From the IMG/VR virus record IMGVR_UViG_3300043410_001708, positions 42,270 through 106,269 of that record: DNA of 64,000 nt; one strand, given 5' to 3'. Source of the stretch: a virus. The translations under genes were made by a program, and so were the position numbers. Under the pieces are notes generated by a model. The model ran no database searches. It was not told the DNA's origin and saw nothing but the letters and a program-made list of their open reading frames with translations. Shown here piece after piece: positions 8,557 to 12,950 of this stretch (the stretch's first letter is position 1; every line of letters starts with the position of its first letter).

Positions 8557-8631
8557 TGGTGGGTCGTCAGAGAATCAAACTCTGTTCTTCCGGTTAAGAG
8601 CCGGTTGCTTCATCACTTAAGCTTACAACCC
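8557..8631 (-). tRNA. tRNA-Lys(CTT)
   Basis: CCGG-CTCTTAA-CCGG, CCA. Confidence 0.88.
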
Positions 8632-8634
8632 ATA

Positions 8635-8711
8635 TGGTACCCAAGGTGGGATTCGAGCCCACATAATCTTGCTTTTGAGACAAGCACGTATACCAATTCC
8701 GTCACTTGGGT
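8635..8711 (-). tRNA. tRNA-Leu(CAA), short variable loop
   Basis: CTTGT-CTCAAAA-GCAAG, 77 nt, same D arm as Leu(TAG), CCA. Confidence 0.88.
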
Positions 8712-8716
8712 ATATA

Positions 8717-8818
8717 CAACAGGATAGTTTTTTTACAGTGGGAATTGAACCCACAAGGTTTGCTTAGAAGGCAAATTGCGAACCATTCGCATGTGAATTT
8801 TTTGCTGAACCTATCCTA
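8717..8818 (-). ncRNA. Y-RNA-like element E3 carrying a tRNA-Arg(UCU) mimic
   Basis: Stem AGGATAG/CTATCCT, TCAGCAA; D-like arm, TTTGC-CTTCTAA-GCAAA, GTGGG-TTCAATT-CCCAC; no CCA. Confidence 0.8.
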
Positions 8819-8823
8819 AAACT

Positions 8824-8899
8824 TGGTGCTGCCTAGTAGAATCGAACTACTTTCCGAGGTTCTTCAGACCCCTGCTATGACCACATCAGCTAAAGCAGC
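8824..8899 (-). tRNA. tRNA-Phe(GAA)
   Basis: GGGGT-CTGAAGA-ACCTC, CCA. Confidence 0.92.
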
Positions 8900-8907
8900 A
8901 TATTGAA

Positions 8908-9074
8908 TTTGTAAGTATTGGGACCTCCCTCATTTCCCAACATTTTACCGGTATTTTCTGTGAAGCGGCCGACCGGTTAGAGGTACGTAGTAATAGTTGA
9001 TACTTGGCATCGGCAAAGCACTATCCTCATTCTTGTATGCCTACAAAAACTTTCTCAACATCTACACTTACAAA
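8908..9074 (-). ncRNA. Structured inter-tRNA RNA (unknown)
   Basis: 9-bp closing stem TTTGTAAGT/ACTTACAAA with internal stems GGCAT/ATGCC, ACCGGT/ACCGGT, TTGGGA/TCCCAA. Confidence 0.5.
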
Positions 9075-9077
9075 ACT

Positions 9078-9152
9078 TGGTACCTTGTGACGGGATCGAA
9101 CCGCCGACCTTCTCCTTGTAAGGGAGACACTCTACCGCTGAGTTAACAAGGC
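9078..9152 (-). tRNA. tRNA-Val(TAC)
   Basis: TCTCC-CTTACAA-GGAGA, CCA. Confidence 0.93.
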
Positions 9153-9165
9153 ATAAAATTTACTT

Positions 9166-9240
9166 TGGGGAGATATATGAGAATCGAACTCATGATAACG
9201 GAATCACAACCCGTGGTTTTGCCACTAAACTAATATCTCC
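9166..9240 (-). tRNA. tRNA-His(GTG)
   Basis: Loop TTGTGAT, G-1:C73, CCA. Confidence 0.92.
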
Positions 9241-9288
9241 CCAAAGTAAACTTTGGAATTTTTAACCGTGTTTATTCACGGGGGTCTG

Positions 9289-9777
9289 TTAGACCTGCAA
9301 AGCTTCTTGTTCTGCCAAGATTCTTTTCAATCTGTCAGCACAAAAACTTGCAGCTGGTGCGTCTGGTTTAACCATAGGTGTCATGTTACATGTACCCTTG
9401 ATATAACCAATCGCTTGTTGTACAACACATGAACTTCCGTACAAGTCATCTTTGTTTAAGTCCAAATGAACTTCAACATGGAAATCTTCTAATACATCAG
9501 CCAAGTCTTGGAACAATTCTGAAACCTTATACACTTCGGTCATTAACCGCATTGCAGGTTTACTTTTCTTATGGTCATAATCCAACTCACGTTGAACGAA
9601 ACCAAAAATCTTACAACCATGGCGGCCATCAATATGAACTACGACAGCCAAAGCATAGTCTGCATACCATACACCGTTTACACGGATACGTTCTGAGTCA
9701 GCACCCAAATATACTTTCGTATCTGGTCCTTGACTTGCAAGGAATTGCTTAACTTCTTGTATGTCGAACTTTTTCAT
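9289..9777 (-). CDS. RNase H-like YkuK-family protein
   Basis: VYLGADS, LMTEV, EVHLDLN, AASFCAD acidic motifs; start moved to MKKFDIQ. Confidence 0.75.
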   Translation of the reverse strand: MKKFDIQEVKQFLASQGPDTKVYLGADSERIRVNGVWYADYALAVVVHIDGRHGCKIFGFVQRELDYDHKKSKPAMRLMTEVYKVSELFQDLADVLEDFHVEVHLDLNKDDLYGSSCVVQQAIGYIKGTCNMTPMVKPDAPAASFCADRLKRILAEQEALQV

Positions 9778-9807
9778 ATCAATCACCTTTCTTTTTTTTA
9801 CTAACAC

Positions 9808-9881
9808 TGGCATCCCGACAGGGACTCGAACCCCGACCAACAGTTTTGGAGACTGGTATGCTGCCATTACACTATCGAGAT
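9808..9881 (-). tRNA. tRNA-Trp(CCA)
   Basis: CAGT-CTCCAAA-ACTG, G73, CCA. Confidence 0.92.
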
Positions 9882-9887
9882 ATAATA

Positions 9888-9951
9888 CAACAGGATAGAT
9901 TTTACTTTTCAAGTTACAAGTTTGAAGTATTTTATTGCTGTTACTATCCTA
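9888..9951 (-). ncRNA. Y-RNA-like element E4 (minimal)
   Basis: Stem AGGATAG/CTATCCT, ACAGCAA, single hairpin with anticodon-like loop CTTGTAA. Confidence 0.75.
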
Positions 9952-9955
9952 AAAA

Positions 9956-10029
9956 TGGTCCTCAGAACAAGAATCGAACTTGTGATGGCCGGTTATCAGC
10001 CGACTGTTATACCATTTAACTATCCGAGG
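9956..10029 (-). tRNA. tRNA-Ile(GAT)
   Basis: GTCGG-CTGATAA-CCGGC, CCA. Confidence 0.92.
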
Positions 10030-10033
10030 AATA

Positions 10034-10109
10034 TGGAGGGTCTTGAGGGATTCAAACCCCCGACCAATTGCTTCGTAGGCAACTACTCTGTTCACTGAGC
10101 TAAAGACCC
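10034..10109 (-). tRNA. tRNA-Arg(ACG)
   Basis: GTTGC-CTACGAA-GCAAT, CCA. Confidence 0.92.
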
Positions 10110-10115
10110 ATAATC

Positions 10116-10190
10116 TGGTGGTTCAGGTGAGAATCGAACTCACACAAGGCACCGTATGAAGATGCTGCACTGCCACTATGCTACTGAACC
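10116..10190 (-). tRNA. tRNA-Met(CAT), elongator-like
   Basis: GCATC-TTCATAC-GGTGC, fully paired acceptor, CCA. Confidence 0.85.
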
Positions 10191-10195
10191 AAATT

Positions 10196-10270
10196 TGGTG
10201 GACCGAGGGGGAATCGAACCCCCAACTGTGACTTGCAAGGCCACTGTGTTCCCAATTATACCATCAGCCC
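10196..10270 (-). tRNA. tRNA-Ala(TGC)
   Basis: GTGGC-CTTGCAA-GTCAC, G3:U70, CCA. Confidence 0.93.
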
Positions 10271-10326
10271 AAATTTGTTGTTGACAATTTATCTCATTAT
10301 ACGCCGTCAACAAAGGCGAGTATTAC

Positions 10327-10400
10327 TGGTCTCGGTGGCAAGAATCGAACTTGCGCCACATGCTCCCAAAGCACGGATGATACCATTTCACCACACCGAG
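10327..10400 (-). tRNA. tRNA-Pro(TGG)
   Basis: CGTGC-TTTGGGA-GCATG, CCA. Confidence 0.92.
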
Positions 10401-10406
10401 AAAATA

Positions 10407-10470
10407 CAACAGGATCGTTTTTGTCGCTAGACATCCAAAAGTTAGCTTGTTTATTGCTGAACCGATCCTA
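10407..10470 (-). ncRNA. Y-RNA-like element E5 (minimal)
   Basis: Stem AGGATCG/CGATCCT, TCAGCAA, TGTTG tail, small internal hairpin GCTA...TAGC. Confidence 0.75.
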
Positions 10471-10474
10471 AAAC

Positions 10475-10549
10475 TGGCTCCACAGGCAGGGATCGAACCT
10501 ACGACCAATTGATTAACAGTCAACTGCACTACCGCTGTGCTACTGTGGA
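10475..10549 (-). tRNA. tRNA-Asn(GTT)
   Basis: GTTGA-CTGTTAA-TCAAT, CCA. Confidence 0.93.
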
Positions 10550-10556
10550 ATATATC

Positions 10557-10631
10557 TGGCGGTCCCAAGGGGTAACGATCCCCTTCTTTATGCGTGACAG
10601 GCATACGTGCGTCCATGAACACTTTGAGACC
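10557..10631 (-). tRNA. tRNA-Asp(GTC)
   Basis: TATGC-CTGTCAC-GCATA, atypical T loop ATCGTTA, CCA. Confidence 0.88.
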
Positions 10632-10635
10632 AAAT

Positions 10636-10827
10636 ATTAGTACAAGCTACTGATTTTCCACGTCAGCCCTTGATTGAGCGGTTTCTCTGTCCATCCCTTT
10701 TATCTGGTACCTGTGTGCAGAGGGATACTGCCTATCAGAGCCTGAGTATTTCTCTCGCTAACGGTTTTCTGCCACCGGATCTCTATCGTTAATCAAACGC
10801 TACTTTAACGAAAAGTAGTAACGAGAT
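10636..10827 (-). ncRNA. Structured inter-tRNA RNA (~190 nt, unknown)
   Basis: GC-richer spacer with nested stems CTACTTT/AAAGTAG, TTGATT/AATCAA, CTCTG/CAGAG, TATCCCT/AGGGATG, GCTGA/TCAGT. Confidence 0.55.
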
Positions 10828-10828
10828 T

Positions 10829-10915
10829 TGGTGGAGACGGTGTGAGTCGAACACACAATGCCCTGAGGGCGGCGGATTTACAGTCCACTGGGGTTACCAA
10901 TTTTCCTACATCTCC
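10829..10915 (-). tRNA. tRNA-Tyr(GTA)
   Basis: GTGGA-CTGTAAA-TCCGC, long variable arm, CCA. Confidence 0.93.
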
Positions 10916-10923
10916 AAATTTTT

Positions 10924-10998
10924 TGGTAGGGGCACAGAGAATCGAACTCTGATTATCTGGTTAAAAGCCAGGTACTTTCGCCGTTAAGTTATACCCCC
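10924..10998 (-). tRNA. tRNA-Lys(TTT)
   Basis: CTGG-CTTTTAA-CCAG, CCA. Confidence 0.92.
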
Positions 10999-11004
10999 AT
11001 AATT

Positions 11005-11132
11005 TACCATTTGTTTTGCTGACGCACTATATGCTATGCTTCAACGGAATAGCTGCAGCGTTACCGTTTATTAACATAGTTACTCAGCATTGAACGTTTC
11101 TGCTGTGGCTTACATCAGCAAAACAAATGGTA
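11005..11132 (-). ncRNA. Structured spacer closed by a perfect 18-bp stem
   Basis: TACCATTTGTTTTGCTGA (11005-11022) is the exact reverse complement of 11115-11132; two internal hairpins. Confidence 0.6.
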
Positions 11133-11202
11133 CACCTAAGGAGAATCGAACTCCTCTTTCCGCCTTGAAAGGGCAGCGTCCTAACCGATAGACGATAGGT
11201 GC
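11128..11202 (-). tRNA. tRNA-Glu(TTC)
   Basis: CTGCC-CTTTCAA-GGCGG, CCA. Confidence 0.92.
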
Positions 11203-11205
11203 AAA

Positions 11206-11231
11206 AAACTACAACAAATTTTTAAAGAACA
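11206..11231 (-). promoter_or_regulatory. boxA-containing 26-nt leader repeat, copy 2
   Basis: TGTTCTTTAAAAATTTGTTGTAGTTT, identical to 12075-12100; resembles rrn boxA TGCTCTTTAACA. Confidence 0.75.
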
Positions 11232-11259
11232 TTTGATTGATTTCTCAATTCATAGATGA

Positions 11260-11311
11260 AGTATAACACAACCATGAATCTCTGTCAACCAGTGTGTTGT
11301 ATTTCTACAAC
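11260..11311 (-). promoter_or_regulatory. Sigma70 promoter with upstream palindrome
   Basis: TTGACA-17-TATACT; GTTGT-N6-ACAAC at 11296-11311, 7 bp from the -35. Confidence 0.85.
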
Positions 11312-11316
11312 GTGTT

Positions 11317-11392
11317 TGGAGTAGGTGACAGGAATCGAACCTGCATACAAGTGGTTTGCAATCACTTCCCTAGCCTTTCGGGTCACACCTAC
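11317..11392 (-). tRNA. tRNA-Cys(GCA)
   Basis: Loop TTGCAAA, U73, CCA. Confidence 0.9.
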
Positions 11393-11628
11393 ACTAATTT
11401 TTTCCTTGAACTACGGTGTGTTTCATCACGCCGCATAGTCCAATCGTAAGAGTTACCATCTGGTAACTTCTTATCTTTAACTTCATCATATCCAAACTTA
11501 CCAACGAATTCCATTTCACCATTAGTGATTGTTACGAATTCGTTAACAGTCTTGGCAAAGAACATTGCACCTGACAATGTTTCATGTTTCCATTCTTTCA
11601 ATTTTGTTTTTACTATCCACATACTCAT
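11389..11628 (-). CDS. Hypothetical protein
   Basis: 79 aa ORF filling the gap between two tRNAs. Confidence 0.6.
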   Translation of the reverse strand: MSMWIVKTKLKEWKHETLSGAMFFAKTVNEFVTITNGEMEFVGKFGYDEVKDKKLPDGNSYDWTMRRDETHRSSRKKLV

Positions 11629-11636
11629 CTTTCATT

Positions 11637-11728
11637 TGGTACCAGCGGTGAGAATCGAACTCACTCAAGAACGCTAATCTGGCGCTAAAAGGTGTATAAG
11701 ACCTCTCTGACTACCAAGTCTCGCTGGC
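11637..11728 (-). tRNA. Non-canonical tRNA with TAT anticodon (Ile/AUA) and long variable arm
   Basis: Acceptor GCCAGCG/CGCTGGT-A-CCA, mini D arm GACT-TGGT-AGTC, loop CTTATAC, variable stem, normal T arm. Confidence 0.75.
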
Positions 11729-11730
11729 AT

Positions 11731-11820
11731 TGGTGGAGAGTCAGGGAGTCGAACCCTGTGACCTACTTTCGTAAATCTACGGATTAGCAATCCGCTGCAT
11801 TACCATCCTGCCCACTCTCC
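11731..11820 (-). tRNA. tRNA-Ser(GCT)
   Basis: GCGGA-TTGCTAA-TCCGT, long variable arm, CCA. Confidence 0.92.
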
Positions 11821-11826
11821 GAATTT

Positions 11827-11916
11827 TGGTGGAAGCGGTGAGATTCGAACTCACGGACCCTTTCGGATCGGCAGTTTTCAAGACTGCTGCAATAAACCGG
11901 ACTCTGCCACACTTCC
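11827..11916 (-). tRNA. tRNA-Ser(TGA)
   Basis: GCAGT-CTTGAAA-ACTGC, long variable arm, CCA. Confidence 0.92.
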
Positions 11917-11997
11917 ATATAGAAACACACTACTGGCTATACACTCAGCGTCCCAAGTGCTACCAGAATCTAACTGGCGTAATGTGTTTTTATATGG
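11915..11997 (-). ncRNA. Structured spacer closed by an 18/19-bp stem
   Basis: 11915-11933 pairs with 11979-11997; two internal hairpins form a three-way junction. Confidence 0.55.
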
Positions 11998-12070
11998 CAG
12001 GGGTTATCAGATTCGAACTGATGATGACGATTTCAAAGACCGTTGCCTTAGGCCACTAGGCGAAACCCCA
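11995..12070 (-). tRNA. tRNA-Gln(TTG)
   Basis: ACGGT-CTTTGAA-ATCGT, G73, CCA; first tRNA of the array. Confidence 0.9.
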
Positions 12071-12074
12071 ACAT

Positions 12075-12100
12075 AAACTACAACAAATTTTTAAAGAACA
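12075..12100 (-). promoter_or_regulatory. boxA-containing 26-nt leader repeat, copy 1
   Basis: TGTTCTTTAAAAATTTGTTGTAGTTT just downstream of a promoter and upstream of the first tRNA. Confidence 0.75.
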
Positions 12101-12107
12101 AGTGTGT

Positions 12108-12158
12108 ATTGTAACAGAACCAAAGGTCCTGGCAACTACACTGTTGTATTGAAACAAC
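12108..12158 (-). promoter_or_regulatory. Sigma70-like promoter with upstream palindrome
   Basis: TTGCCA-16-TACAAT with extended -10 TG; GTTGT-N6-ACAAC at 12143-12158, 7 bp from the -35. Confidence 0.7.
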
Positions 12159-12162
12159 AAAC

Positions 12163-12196
12163 AAAAAACCCTAGTAGATTTCTCTTACTAGGGTCT
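12163..12196 (-). terminator. Intrinsic terminator (attenuator 3:4 hairpin)
   Basis: ACCCTAGTA/TACTAGGGT 9-bp stem followed by TTTTTGTTTG. Confidence 0.85.
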
Positions 12197-12227
12197 TGTG
12201 TTTGGAGTCTTTTTTAGAACTTCTGTT

Positions 12228-12341
12228 TTAGTTCTCCATCTTCACACAAAACCCGGTTGCAATCGCCCATGAGCTATCAGCGCAATTAACTGTGCGATAC
12301 TCTGGTTGCAACGTAAAGGGTTTATGAGATATGAGAGACAC
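12228..12341 (-). CDS. Putative attenuator leader peptide (37 aa, all 20 amino acids)
   Basis: GTG start after AGAAAG; MSLISHKPFTLQPEYRTVNCADSSWAIATGFCVKMEN; lies between a promoter and a terminator with overlapping alternative stems. Confidence 0.7.
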   Translation of the reverse strand: MSLISHKPFTLQPEYRTVNCADSSWAIATGFCVKMEN

Positions 12342-12371
12342 TTTTTTCTTTCTAAAATTTAATATATGTGT

Positions 12372-12400
12372 ATTATATAGGAACTTTTTAACCTCGGCAA
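12372..12400 (-). promoter_or_regulatory. Sigma70 promoter of the leader/tRNA array
   Basis: TTGCCG-17-TATAAT. Confidence 0.8.
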
Positions 12401-12413
12401 GCGGTTTTTGAAA

Positions 12414-12947
12414 TTATTTTTTGAATCCTTGAAAAAATAATTCGGGAGTATCATTTGTTTCAAACTTATAAGAATGAAACATACTATCTATATCAAAGTT
12501 AGTACGAAAATCTTCTTCTGTAAGATTCTTGTAATATTCCCAACCTTTACCGACAGTCAGTGGACTATCTTCTGGTTTTGCATTTGATGTACCATGTTCA
12601 GGTGCACCAGTTGTCGGTACAGTAATGAAAACTAATCCGTCTTTTTTGGTCATGCGATACATGTTTTGAAATGTTTCAACCCAAAATGGATTGTGTTCAA
12701 AACAATTACATGAACCTGTTGTATCGTATGTGCCGTCTGAATGGTCAACTAATTGACCCTCGCAAACTAAATCAACACTAGGTCCTTCAGCAACATCAAC
12801 GCCAGTATAATCACAGTCTTTAAAATGACTTCTCATAGTACCATTGATATCTAAACTACCAACTTCTAAAACTTTTGCGTTATTGAAGTTTTGTGGAAAT
12901 TGTTTTGACAAATTTCTAACATATTCTTGTTGTGCTGGATGTGACAT
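12414..12947 (-). CDS. Class I SAM-dependent methyltransferase
   Basis: KVLEVGS motif I, YTGVD, CFEH. Confidence 0.85.
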   Translation of the reverse strand: MSHPAQQEYVRNLSKQFPQNFNNAKVLEVGSLDINGTMRSHFKDCDYTGVDVAEGPSVDLVCEGQLVDHSDGTYDTTGSCNCFEHNPFWVETFQNMYRMTKKDGLVFITVPTTGAPEHGTSNAKPEDSPLTVGKGWEYYKNLTEEDFRTNFDIDSMFHSYKFETNDTPELFFQGFKK

Positions 12948-12950
12948 AAT

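Noticed and set aside
10294-10311. TTGAC...TATAAT in the Pro-Ala spacer as a promoter
   Set aside because: Only 3 nt separate the hexamers; better explained as part of the pseudoknot.
6385-10470. Repeated CAACAGG...TTGCTG...CCTAAA motif as a CRISPR array
   Set aside because: Copies are dispersed, unevenly spaced and pair end-to-end around variable interiors; no cas genes or regular repeat-spacer period.
10233-10622. ORF-track entries 10233-10430 and 10323-10622 (also 6911-7171, 11826-12059, 4115-4336)
   Set aside because: They run through tRNA genes and are chance frames.
8900-11997. Inter-tRNA spacers as theta/HDV-like or hammerhead ribozymes, tmRNA or RNase P RNA
   Set aside because: Could not place the HDV nested pseudoknot or hammerhead CUGANGA/GAAA core by eye; elements are too short and lack tmRNA/RNase P signatures. 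An Rfam scan is needed to exclude them fully.
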